Source: Ktedonobacterales bacterium
GTDB taxonomy: Bacteria > Chloroflexota > Ktedonobacteria > Ktedonobacterales > JADMIN01
Length of the DNA: 64,000 nucleotides
Assembly: GCA_036273675.1 (NCBI GenBank)
Contig: DASUHD010000178.1
Span: forward strand, 9,492 to 73,491
Reading direction: 5' to 3'
The position numbers were made by a program, and so were the translations under genes. The first letter of the stretch is position 1, and each line of letters opens with the position of its first letter. The notes below the pieces were generated by a model. That model was not told the DNA's origin. It did no database searches and saw nothing but the letters and a program-made list of their open reading frames with translations. Positions 47,360-56,942 of the stretch are shown here, piece after piece.

Positions 47360-48925
47360 GTGCGCATCCTTCTCGTTAGCCCAGCGTCCAACGCCTCACT
47401 GATTGCCCTGACCGAGGTTGGAGACATCACAGGTCACCATAGCTACATGCCCAACCTTGCGCTACCTACGCTCGCAGCGCTGGCTCCGGACGATGTAGAA
47501 ATCACTATCGTTGATGAACAAGTAACGCCAATCGATTTCACCCAACATTGGGATCTCGTAGGTATCACCGGGTATACGACGCACCAGCGACGCATGCTCG
47601 ATATCGCCGACGAATTCCGACGGCGCGGGCAGCTTGTAGCGATTGGTGGGCCGTACGCGAGTCTCTCTCCAGGTCACGTGCGACCGCACACGGATATTCT
47701 CTTCGTTGGTGAGGCCGAAGAAACCTGGCCGCAGTTTCTCCGAGAGTTCCGCGCTGGCTACTGGCAGCCTGAATATCGGGCGGTCTCAGCAATTGATCTG
47801 CGGTTCTCGCCAGTACCTGACATTCAGAAACTCCCGCTAGACGCCTACCTCGCAGGGGTTGTGCAGACGAGCCGGGGGTGCCCATTCGAGTGCGATTTTT
47901 GCGATGTGATCATTTACCTAGGTCGCAAGCAGCGCCACAAGTCTGCGGAGCGTGTCATCCAGGAACTGGAGCAATGGTATGAGGCAGGCTATCGCAGTGT
48001 CTTCCTCTCAGATGACAATTTCACTGTCAACCGCAGACACGCCACGGAGGTCATGACCGCCATTGCAGCATGGAATCAGTCCGTGTCCGAACCGATAGAC
48101 TTCTACACCCAGTTCTCGATTGACATCGCCCGTGACCAGGATACAGAACTGCTCGAACTCTGTGCCAGAGCCGGCCTCAAACAAGCGTTCATTGGATTGG
48201 AGTCACCTAACGCCGATGCGCTACGGGAGGTAAAAAAACGCCAAAACCTCCGATCTGATCTGATCGCCGATGTGCACCGCGTTCAGCAGCACGGGATCGT
48301 GGTACAGGCAGGCATTATCACCGGATTTGATGCCGATACAAGTGCGTCCTTTCGCTCGACGTTCGAGTTCCTGCAAGAGGCTGGCATCCCGATAGTTATC
48401 GTGAACATCATGCAGGCGCCGCAAGGAACTTCGCTGGCAGATCGGTTATTGCGAGAAGGTCGGCTAATTCCTCAACCATTTGCAGAGCACAAACCTACTC
48501 ACTTTCACACCAACATCATTGCGAAGGGCATGAGTCATCACGAGTTGGTCGCTGGCACGGTGTGGCTGCTCAACCGACTCTACGCTCCAGAGATGTTCCT
48601 GGAAAGATGCCGTGTCCTTGCAAAGAATCTTCCTGAGTCCCATACACCAGCGCGCACATCGCGGCGCGCGCTCGAAGTGTGGCAGCGCCTGCTCGCCTCG
48701 TATACGGCGCTTGGACCAGAATTCAGCGAACTGCCGCGCCAGGTGCTCAAGCTCTTCCGCCATCGCGAAACACAGGGGATTGGGACCGCCTTAATCCACT
48801 ACAAACATGTCGTGGCCACTCTGCGCCGAGACGCGCTATGGAACTCAGAACTGGGGCAGCGCGAAACCCCCGATTTCTCGATACACCTACCTGATTCTGA
48901 TATTGAGGAGGCATCTCATGCCTGA
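47360..48925 (+). CDS. B12-binding (class B) radical SAM enzyme
   Basis: N-terminal cobalamin-binding Rossmann-like region (MRILLVSPA..., DLVGITGYTT..., VAIGGPYAS). Radical SAM cluster motif SRGCPFECDFCDV (CxxxCxxC). GTG start preceded by AGGAGG. Confidence 0.8.
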   Translation: MRILLVSPASNASLIALTEVGDITGHHSYMPNLALPTLAALAPDDVEITIVDEQVTPIDFTQHWDLVGITGYTTHQRRMLDIADEFRRRGQLVAIGGPYASLSPGHVRPHTDILFVGEAEETWPQFLREFRAGYWQPEYRAVSAIDLRFSPVPDIQKLPLDAYLAGVVQTSRGCPFECDFCDVIIYLGRKQRHKSAERVIQELEQWYEAGYRSVFLSDDNFTVNRRHATEVMTAIAAWNQSVSEPIDFYTQFSIDIARDQDTELLELCARAGLKQAFIGLESPNADALREVKKRQNLRSDLIADVHRVQQHGIVVQAGIITGFDADTSASFRSTFEFLQEAGIPIVIVNIMQAPQGTSLADRLLREGRLIPQPFAEHKPTHFHTNIIAKGMSHHELVAGTVWLLNRLYAPEMFLERCRVLAKNLPESHTPARTSRRALEVWQRLLASYTALGPEFSELPRQVLKLFRHRETQGIGTALIHYKHVVATLRRDALWNSELGQRETPDFSIHLPDSDIEEASHA

Positions 48926-51900
48926 TGATCCTGCTGTCTCGGCTCGAGCCGAAGAGCGGCAGCAAGTCACGGTAAGACGCAGCGCCAAAGAGATCGAGAA
49001 CTGGCTGGTTAGGCAACTTGCCGAGCTGCTGGAGATTGCGCCCGAGGAGGTGGACGTCCGCAAACCATTCACTTACTTTGGCTTGGGCTCCGCCGAGTCC
49101 GTACTACTTGCTGCGGATCTGGAGCAATGGCTGGGAGTATCCGTTGAACCAACTGTCACCTGGGATCACCCAACCATCAAAAAAGTCGCACGCTTTTTGG
49201 CGAGGTCAGATGTATCTATCTCCGTAACAGAAACAAGTCAGATTGATCGTCAGGAAGCCAGGGAGATGGCGGAGTTGCTGCGGGCACAGTTGGGGCTTCC
49301 TCCGCCTTCTCTTCCCCTATCGCTCGGTCAACGCGCGCTATGGTATATCCACCAGATTGCTCCTACCAATTCTGCCTATAACTTGACGTATCTCGCCAGG
49401 CTGCAGGGACATCTCGATATCGTGGCCCTGCAAGGCGCTCTCAAGCTCCTGATCGACCGGCATCCCATCCTGCGCACGACGTATACATTGCAGGATGGAC
49501 AGCCCGTCCAGACAATTCATCCACAGCCAGGTACGAACCTCGAAGTGGTTCCGGTTATGCACTGGGGCAAAGAGCGACTGGACAAGGCCATCGCACAAAT
49601 AGCCGATTCCCCATTCGATCTGGAAAGTGGCCCAATCCTGCGCGCCCACCTTTTCACCCGCTCTAAGCGGACATCCCTTCTTATGTTGACCGTCCACCAC
49701 ATCGCGGCAGACATGTGGTCACTTGCCCGTCTTGCAGATGAACTCATCGCTCTGTATGTCGCGACAGCCAGTGGCACACCACCCACCCTTGCCCCAGCGA
49801 AATTTGACCACGAGGACTACGTCTCCTGGCAGCGGCAACTACTCGCAGGTTCCGAGGGAGATCGACAATGGGCCTTCTGGAGCGACCAGTTGCACGATGC
49901 GCCACCACATCTTGACCTGCCCACCGACCACTCACGCCCCCCTGTGCAGACGTACAGCGGAGCGACCGCCGAATTCAATCTGAACCCACTCCTGTGGCGT
50001 AAAGTCGTTGCGCTGGCACGTCGGGAGCATGTAACTCCCTTTATCGTGCTCTTAGCGACATTCCAGGTTCTGCTTTTCCGCTACACCGGACAGGAGGACA
50101 TCATCGTTGGCTGCCCAATGTTGGGTCGTACCCGAGCTGGGCTGAGTGAAACGATCGGCTATCTGGCCAATCCCGTACCGCTACGAGCCAACTTTTCTGG
50201 TGAGCCGACATTCCACGCGTTCCTGCATCAAGTGCGCGACACCGTTCGTGATGCAACCGACCACCAGGATTACCCGTTGCCGCTTCTCGTGGAGCGGCTA
50301 CAACCCGCCCGCGATCCCTCGCGCTCGCCGCTCTTCCAGATTGCGTTCGCCTGGGAGTGGCTCGGCAAGACGACGACTCCCAACATGGTGGCGGCTCAAT
50401 CGCTCGGGCTCTCAGTACACCCTCTCGAGATGAGCCAACGCGGCGCCCCCTTCGATTTGACACTTATGGCCATTCAAGAGGATAGCCAGTGTCACGGTGT
50501 GCTCCAATATAACGCCGATCTGTTCGAGGCATCCACGATGGCACGCTTGGCGCATCACTTCAGGTCGTTACTTGCAGAGATTGTTGCTCATTCTGAGCAG
50601 CCTGTGACCAGCCTCTCATTGCTGACGAGCGACGAACGCCAAGCTCTCATGCAAGAGTGGACAACGAGCGCCGAAGAGCACCTTGAGCCAGCATGCATCC
50701 ATCACCTCTTCGAGGCTCAGTCAGCGCTTCTTCCTGACTCTCCAGCTGTGATCAGTGGTGAGACGTCCATAACTTACCGGGAACTCAATCAGCGATCTGA
50801 GCAACTTGCTGAAAGGTTTCGGGCGCTTGGCATCGGAACTGAGGCGCGCGTCGGCGTCTTCCTGGATCGCTCGATTGACCTTGTCATCACATTGCTTGCT
50901 GTCCTAAAGGCAGGTGGCGCATACGTGCCGCTTGACCCGGCAACCCCCCAAGAGCGTCTGGCTTATATGCTTGCCGATGCAGGCGTCACGCTCGTGCTGA
51001 CAAACCAGCGACTGCTTGCGACGCTCCCGTCTACCGGTGCGGACGTGCTATGTATTGATGAATCAGCGATGACCGCGGACACGATGGAACCCGTGCTACA
51101 CAAGCGCATCTCGCGACCCGAGCAGCTTGCCTACATCATCTATACCTCCGGCTCGACTGGTCAACCGAAAGGGGTCGCCATCGAGCACCAGAGTGTCGCT
51201 AACCTGATACAATGGGCACGGCGTACCTATTCGCCGGAAGAACTCGCGGGCGTCCTCGCATCCACCTCGATTGGATTCGATATCTCGGTCTTCGAACTAC
51301 TCGTTCCGCTCTGTTGCGGAGGGACGGTTGTCCTTGTCGATAACCTGTTTGACTTGTCACGTTTGCCGAACGGGCAAGTGCATCTTGTCAACAGTGTGCC
51401 ATCGCTCGTCGCGGAGGTGCTCAAACAGGCTAGCTTGCCATCCACTGTATACACTCTAAACCTTGCGGGCGAACCATGTCCGGCGGATCTTGTTCAGCGG
51501 ATCTATGCACAGAGCCGGGTTGAGCGTATCCGAAACTTGTACGGCCCCACGGAGGCAACTATCTACGCCACAGCCGCTGAAGTGCCGCGCGACTGGAGTC
51601 GTCCCGTGCCTATTGGTCGGCCCATCGTCAACACCACGGCTTTCGTGCTGGATAGGCAAATGCAGCCGGTGCCCATCGGCGTGATCGGCGAACTCTACTT
51701 GGGTGGGGCCGGGCTGGCGCGTGGTTACTGGAATCGCCAGGATCTGACGCATGAACGCTTCGTTCATGGAACATTCAGCGAACACAAAAGTCTGCGGTTG
51801 TATCGAACTGGCGATATGGTTCGACGCCGTCCCGATGGCTCCCTCGTCTTTGTTGGGCGCGCGGATCATCAGGTGAAGTTGCGCGGGGTACGCATTGAAT

Positions 51901-52451
51901 TGGAAGAGTTGGAGAACATCCTTCGCCAAAATCGCACTGTTTCACAGGCCGTTGTCGTACTCCAAGACCGCGAAGATATCGGAAAGCGATTGGTAGCCTA
52001 CTGCGTGCTCCAAGATCAGTTACCCACCTCCGACCAGCAGGGCATCAGCAGTGAACTGCGCGCTCATATGCGGAGGTATGTCCCAGAGTATATGGTGCCC
52101 TCGTCTTTTGTGCTGCTCGACAGGCTCCCACTGACTCCGACGGGCAAGATTGATCGTCGAGCGCTGCCATCGGTGGATCCAGACAGTGCGTTGGCAGAGC
52201 GATACCGAGCATATGTAGCACCACAGACTGCTCTCGAGCGCCAGTTAAGTACTATTTGGACCGAGGTGCTCGGTTTGCCACAAATCAGTATCTACGACAA
52301 CTTTTTCGACCTGGGCGGGGTATCCCTACAGGCGCTCGAAGTCATCTCTCGGCTGCGTGATCTGGGCATCGAACTCGCACCGGAGGCGCTGCTCCAATAT
52401 CAGACAATCGCTGAGTTGGCATCGCTTCTGGAGCAGGAGATTGGGTCATGA
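48918..52451 (+). CDS. Non-ribosomal peptide synthetase, single module with loading carrier: T0-C-A-T1, no TE/R domain
   Basis: T0 (FTYFGLGSAESVLL), C domain with LTVHHIAADMWS (HHxxxD), A domain (YIIYTSGSTGQPKG, NLYGPTE, YRTGDMV, PLTPTGKIDRRAL), T1 (FFDLGGVSLQALEV). The ATG at 48918 overlaps the radical SAM gene end. Confidence 0.9.
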   Translation: MPDDPAVSARAEERQQVTVRRSAKEIENWLVRQLAELLEIAPEEVDVRKPFTYFGLGSAESVLLAADLEQWLGVSVEPTVTWDHPTIKKVARFLARSDVSISVTETSQIDRQEAREMAELLRAQLGLPPPSLPLSLGQRALWYIHQIAPTNSAYNLTYLARLQGHLDIVALQGALKLLIDRHPILRTTYTLQDGQPVQTIHPQPGTNLEVVPVMHWGKERLDKAIAQIADSPFDLESGPILRAHLFTRSKRTSLLMLTVHHIAADMWSLARLADELIALYVATASGTPPTLAPAKFDHEDYVSWQRQLLAGSEGDRQWAFWSDQLHDAPPHLDLPTDHSRPPVQTYSGATAEFNLNPLLWRKVVALARREHVTPFIVLLATFQVLLFRYTGQEDIIVGCPMLGRTRAGLSETIGYLANPVPLRANFSGEPTFHAFLHQVRDTVRDATDHQDYPLPLLVERLQPARDPSRSPLFQIAFAWEWLGKTTTPNMVAAQSLGLSVHPLEMSQRGAPFDLTLMAIQEDSQCHGVLQYNADLFEASTMARLAHHFRSLLAEIVAHSEQPVTSLSLLTSDERQALMQEWTTSAEEHLEPACIHHLFEAQSALLPDSPAVISGETSITYRELNQRSEQLAERFRALGIGTEARVGVFLDRSIDLVITLLAVLKAGGAYVPLDPATPQERLAYMLADAGVTLVLTNQRLLATLPSTGADVLCIDESAMTADTMEPVLHKRISRPEQLAYIIYTSGSTGQPKGVAIEHQSVANLIQWARRTYSPEELAGVLASTSIGFDISVFELLVPLCCGGTVVLVDNLFDLSRLPNGQVHLVNSVPSLVAEVLKQASLPSTVYTLNLAGEPCPADLVQRIYAQSRVERIRNLYGPTEATIYATAAEVPRDWSRPVPIGRPIVNTTAFVLDRQMQPVPIGVIGELYLGGAGLARGYWNRQDLTHERFVHGTFSEHKSLRLYRTGDMVRRRPDGSLVFVGRADHQVKLRGVRIELEELENILRQNRTVSQAVVVLQDREDIGKRLVAYCVLQDQLPTSDQQGISSELRAHMRRYVPEYMVPSSFVLLDRLPLTPTGKIDRRALPSVDPDSALAERYRAYVAPQTALERQLSTIWTEVLGLPQISIYDNFFDLGGVSLQALEVISRLRDLGIELAPEALLQYQTIAELASLLEQEIGS

Positions 52452-54469
52452 GCACGGGCAACATGATCATCGAGAGCATTGGCGCCTTTCTTCCAGAAAG
52501 GGTCGTTACGACGGACGAGGTGTTGCGAGGCTGTGCCACCAAGCTCGTGTTTCCGCTCGAACGAATCACCGGAATCCGCTCGCGACGAATGGCCGGAGAG
52601 GCGGAATTCTCAATTGACCTCGCGCGCCGGGCCGTCGAACGCTGCTTCCAGTTGTCGCGGTATCGCCCGGAAGACATTGACATTGTCATCTGCAGCAATA
52701 TCTCGCGCTGCGATGGCCCAAATTCGCAATTTACCTTCGAACCCAGCACAGCTGTGCGACTCAGCGCGCTCGTTGGCTGTACACATGCGCTCACATTTGA
52801 TATTGCGAACGCCTGTGCAGGCACGTTCACCGCATTCGCCCTTGCGGATGGGCTGCTCAAATCAGGCAAATACCATCGGGCTTTAGTGGCCAGTGGAGAG
52901 TACATCACATGTTTGACGCGAACCGCGCAGCGCGAGATCGAAGGAGCAGCAGATCCAAGACTGGCATGCTTGACGCTGGGTGACTCGGGTGTCGCGACGA
53001 TCCTGGAACTGGGGCAGAGCAAGACCGTTGGCTTCCAGCAGCTTGACATTTGTACGCTCGGTCGCTACAGCGATTGTTGTACAGCGGGCGCGTCGCATCG
53101 CAGTCACGGCGCGGTAATGCTCACTGATGCGTTGCGGCTCACCGCAGCCTCACTCACAGAGGGGCTGCCGCTCGCAATGGCTGGCCTCGCGCAGAACGGC
53201 TGGAGCCCTGATAATGCACAACATATCATTCTTCACCAAACCTCACGAACGACACTCGTTGGCGGTATGCGAGCGATCAACCATGCCGTTGGACGTGAGG
53301 CGTGTCATGTTGGCAATATGATTGACCATCTTGCGGATAGAGGGAACACGGCGACAAACAGCCACATGCTTGCACTCTACGAAAACATGGTATCTGGGAG
53401 AATTGGATCTGGTGAGACGGTGCTTTTTGGTGTGACGGGTTCAGGGCTGACCGTTGGTTCGGCCGTCTACACCCTTGATGACCTGCCAGAACGGGTGCGT
53501 CTCCAGGTCAATGGCCGCGGAGGGTATGCCAGGCAGACAGCCACACAAACCAAGCGCGCGCCCATGGACGCGCACGCGCCAGGGATCAGGATAGCCTGTG
53601 CAGCAACTAGCTCTACCCTGGCAGAAGAGGGCCATACTGCCCGGATGCTCGCGCACATCGCCGCCGAGCGATGCCTGGAACGCTGGCCAGGTGATCGCGA
53701 AGCGATTCCATTGTTGCTGTACGCGGGAGTGTATCGCGATGACTTTATGTGCGAGCCGGCGATGGCCGCCCTGCTGACTGCGGACCTGGACCTCGATCAT
53801 GCGCAAGCAGCGGCGAGCGTACAACGCAGATTGGCCTTCGATGTGTTCAACGGCTCGCTTGGATTCTTACAGGGCTGCTACCTGGCCAGCCAGTTGATGC
53901 GGGCGCGTGGGTTCGATTGCGCCATGATCGCGACAGGCGAGATCGAGAACAATGCTACGGTGTTCCCAGCGCGGATGCGGGGGCTTGTTGAGATGGGCAG
54001 TGCGCTAGTTCTCGAGACTCACAACGGCTCGGGTGGGTTCGGTGGCTTTCTCTTCCGTTCCTTTGTCGAGCACCTTGACGCGCTCTTCACCCGCACGAAT
54101 GAGGAGGGCGGAAAAACCTATCTGGAGTGTGCCAAGAGCGAGGACCTCGAAGAGCGCTACCTCACATGCATTGCCCAGACTGTGCGTGAATTTCTGGCTG
54201 CGGAGGAGATTGTGCTGGATCAAGTAAACGTGGTCTTTCCACCGCAAATTTCGAGTTCGTTTATCTCCCGTCTCGCGACAATCCTTGGCCTCGATCGATC
54301 CAGGTTCGTTGACGCATGCCTGGATAATGGAGATGCTTTCACGTCCTCGCTGCCCCTCGCACTCGAACAGGCGCGCGAGCATGGGTCAATGAACGCAGGC
54401 GACATCGGGCTTATGATCGCGGTCGGGTCAGGTGTCCAGGTGGGTTGCGCGCTCTATCGCTTCCTCTAG
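52448..54469 (+). CDS. KASIII (FabH)-like enzyme fused to a second, catalytically degenerate KASIII-like half
   Basis: Half 1 has the full Cys-His-Asn triad context: IANACAGTF (C123, nt 52814-52816), ILHQTS (H263), DRGNTATNS (N300). Half 2 (residues ~378-673) keeps the fold pattern but reads FNGSLGF, FPPQIS and DNGDAFTSS at the equivalent sites. The start overlaps the NRPS stop (ATGA). Confidence 0.8.
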   Translation: MSTGNMIIESIGAFLPERVVTTDEVLRGCATKLVFPLERITGIRSRRMAGEAEFSIDLARRAVERCFQLSRYRPEDIDIVICSNISRCDGPNSQFTFEPSTAVRLSALVGCTHALTFDIANACAGTFTAFALADGLLKSGKYHRALVASGEYITCLTRTAQREIEGAADPRLACLTLGDSGVATILELGQSKTVGFQQLDICTLGRYSDCCTAGASHRSHGAVMLTDALRLTAASLTEGLPLAMAGLAQNGWSPDNAQHIILHQTSRTTLVGGMRAINHAVGREACHVGNMIDHLADRGNTATNSHMLALYENMVSGRIGSGETVLFGVTGSGLTVGSAVYTLDDLPERVRLQVNGRGGYARQTATQTKRAPMDAHAPGIRIACAATSSTLAEEGHTARMLAHIAAERCLERWPGDREAIPLLLYAGVYRDDFMCEPAMAALLTADLDLDHAQAAASVQRRLAFDVFNGSLGFLQGCYLASQLMRARGFDCAMIATGEIENNATVFPARMRGLVEMGSALVLETHNGSGGFGGFLFRSFVEHLDALFTRTNEEGGKTYLECAKSEDLEERYLTCIAQTVREFLAAEEIVLDQVNVVFPPQISSSFISRLATILGLDRSRFVDACLDNGDAFTSSLPLALEQAREHGSMNAGDIGLMIAVGSGVQVGCALYRFL

Positions 54470-54546
54470 AGCGCCTGCCTATCGCAGATAGCGCCGACCG
54501 CTGGACGATGACCGTGTTAGAAGACAAACACTTGATGGAGGATGAC

Positions 54547-55407
54547 ATGAGCATCCCGCATTCTACTGCCATACGTGTGACAACGGAACCGATGCGCTGG
54601 CTATTCCGCAGTGTGAGCGCCCTTGCCCTCATTACTGGCTTCTCGCTGTATGTGCTCAGTGAGCGTACCGATCACTTCTTCTCCTGGACAATTCTCCCAC
54701 CGATCACGGCCGCTTTCTTTGGCGCCTGCTTCTGGACGGCAGCGATCATCGCCTTCCTGGCCTCCCGACAGCACGTCTGGATTCGGGCGAGGATCGCTGG
54801 TCCGGTGATACTGAGCTTCACCGTGCTCACATTGATTGCAACACTGCTGCATTTGGAGAAGTTCCACTTATTCAGTTCAGATATGGTGGCTCGTGGCGCT
54901 GCCTGGGCCTGGATGATTCTCTACGTGGTAGTGCCACCGGTCACACTGGTATTACTCCCTCTGCAACTACGGACGCCTGGGCACGACCCGGCACGGTCGA
55001 GGCCACTTTTCCGCTGGCTTCGTGTCACCCTTGGCATCCAGGCCGGGGTGCTTGTGGCGGTTGGCCTCGTGCTCTTCCTCGCCCCTCAGACAGCTACTTT
55101 CTGGCCGTGGAAACTGACGCCGCTGACTGCTCAAGTGACCGGCGGATGGTTGCTCGCCGTTGGCGGGGCGGCAGCGCAGACTGTTTGGGAGAACGATTGG
55201 TCGCGGGTCGCAATAGCGCTCATCAGCTATACAGCGCTCGGTGCGCTCCAACTTGTGGCGCTGGCGCGCTATGTCTCCCAGATACAATGGAGCAGCCTGT
55301 GGAGCTGGTTGTATACCCTCTTTGTTGTCACCATCGTGGTGGTCGGCGTTGTGTGTTGGCGCACGGCATGGCCAGCAGCCGTGGAGAGTCCTGAGCTAGC
55401 CAGTTGA
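54547..55407 (+). CDS. Polytopic membrane protein of unknown function (cluster-associated)
   Basis: About 8 hydrophobic helices. The ATG at 54547 is preceded by GGAGG. Earlier in-frame ATGs at 54508 and 54535 are possible. Confidence 0.5.
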   Translation: MSIPHSTAIRVTTEPMRWLFRSVSALALITGFSLYVLSERTDHFFSWTILPPITAAFFGACFWTAAIIAFLASRQHVWIRARIAGPVILSFTVLTLIATLLHLEKFHLFSSDMVARGAAWAWMILYVVVPPVTLVLLPLQLRTPGHDPARSRPLFRWLRVTLGIQAGVLVAVGLVLFLAPQTATFWPWKLTPLTAQVTGGWLLAVGGAAAQTVWENDWSRVAIALISYTALGALQLVALARYVSQIQWSSLWSWLYTLFVVTIVVVGVVCWRTAWPAAVESPELAS

Positions 55408-55436
55408 GCGAATGGATCGCGCCTGGCGTCCGTCGA

Positions 55437-55925
55437 TCAGGCATCTGGGGTCTGAGTTGAAATGGCGCCAGAGGGCGCGCGCTCAAGGGTCTTTTTCAGA
55501 CGATCCATTGCACGCAGATTCATCGGACGAATCAACAGCGGCCAGTTGATCGACTTAACGATCATGCCGACGACCCGCGGCAGTCGGGTACTAATATGGC
55601 GCTCGATCAATGTTCCGTCACCATCTGACCGGAACGTGAACTCGTGCAAGAACTCGCCGTCAATGCCACGAGCAACAAATGCAAGCCGATCTGGAGGGGT
55701 AAGTTCGGTGATCACCACCTCAGAGTGGAAGGGCAAGCCAGCTGTTTTGCCCACGGAATGGAATGTACTTCCCACAACTACAGGGCCCGGTGCATCGGCC
55801 TCAATGCGTAGTTCAGTACCAGACCATTCTGAGTGACGACTCAAATCCGACACGTATGCATATGCTGTGGCGGGTGGAACGGTGACATGTGTCTGATACG
55901 TCCAGACAAACGTCTTCGCAGCCAT
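55437..55925 (-). CDS. SRPBCC (START/polyketide cyclase-dehydrase-like) family protein
   Basis: 162 aa. VTVPPATAYAYVSDLSRHSEWSG... is typical of the Polyketide_cyc2/SRPBCC N-terminus. Confidence 0.7.
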   Translation of the reverse strand: MAAKTFVWTYQTHVTVPPATAYAYVSDLSRHSEWSGTELRIEADAPGPVVVGSTFHSVGKTAGLPFHSEVVITELTPPDRLAFVARGIDGEFLHEFTFRSDGDGTLIERHISTRLPRVVGMIVKSINWPLLIRPMNLRAMDRLKKTLERAPSGAISTQTPDA

Positions 55926-56080
55926 AAAACACTCTCCTCAAATAGGTTGTCCCGCTCGTAAGAGCATCTCAGCACGTCAGCATGTCAGCACGTCAGCTAC
56001 TGCGCCCACTAATATCTATGGGACTATTCATAACGGACCAGCGTTATACGCTATTGCGCAGTTGCCCATATATGTGGGAA

Positions 56081-56833
56081 TCACGGCGACCAGGACCAGA
56101 GGCGAAGGCTCGTAGGTGGCCCCTGGACAGCAACAGTCGCCACAAAGCCGGAATCCGGCGTGAGAGCATACAAAGACCATCTCGCCGCATCTTCGATACT
56201 GCCCGCAATGCGAAGCAGACGCGCAGAATCGGTCGGCGCCACGGAGACCGCAAACGAGTCCAGAGGGATGCTCATCCCTAGCCCCAGCGCCTTCATAAAA
56301 GCCTCCTTTCGTGTCCAGCACGTGAAGAACGCCATCTGACGAGCAGGCATGGAGAGGCCCTGTAGGGCCACACGTTCCTCTGCCGCGAAGTAGAGTTCTG
56401 CCATCAGGTCAAAGTGGACGAGTGATCTGACGCGCTCAATATCTGCCCCTATTACGTGATTGCGTGTGACGGCGTAGAGCGCGATCCCTTCCGAGTGTGC
56501 GACATTGAACGACAAGAGCGATGCCTGACGAGGTGCGGCAAGTTCCGGCTTACCGTGCCGTCCGTATTGGAATTCAAGACTTTGCGGTTCAGCGCCCACA
56601 TAACGCGCCAGAAGCATTCGCAGGCTTGCTCGTCCGACCACGTACCGCTGACGATCCCGCTCGAAGTGGAAGCGTTGCGCGCGCTCTCTCTCTCCTGGCG
56701 CGAGGATCGTTGTGAGCCAATGCACATGCCCGGGTGGCTGGTCGAGAAATACGCGATAGATGTGTATCTCGTTCTCAGCGAAATGAATCGAACTAGGAGC
56801 AACTATCCACTCCCTGGCAAGACAGTCCGTCAT
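56081..56833 (-). CDS. Sfp-type 4'-phosphopantetheinyl transferase
   Basis: ERERAQRFHFERDRQRYVVGRASLR, FNVAHSEG, GADIE and FFTCWTRKEAFMKALGLG (W/KEA motif). Confidence 0.85.
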   Translation of the reverse strand: MTDCLAREWIVAPSSIHFAENEIHIYRVFLDQPPGHVHWLTTILAPGERERAQRFHFERDRQRYVVGRASLRMLLARYVGAEPQSLEFQYGRHGKPELAAPRQASLLSFNVAHSEGIALYAVTRNHVIGADIERVRSLVHFDLMAELYFAAEERVALQGLSMPARQMAFFTCWTRKEAFMKALGLGMSIPLDSFAVSVAPTDSARLLRIAGSIEDAARWSLYALTPDSGFVATVAVQGPPTSLRLWSWSP

Positions 56834-56942
56834 GTGTATCCCCTTGATTGCCCACAGCGCAAGAAGGCTCCAATCGCTTGTGACTGGCCGCGACTGTCAT
56901 ACCTGTCATGCCCGTCAAATTGGTGCCTGCGTGACGTTACCA

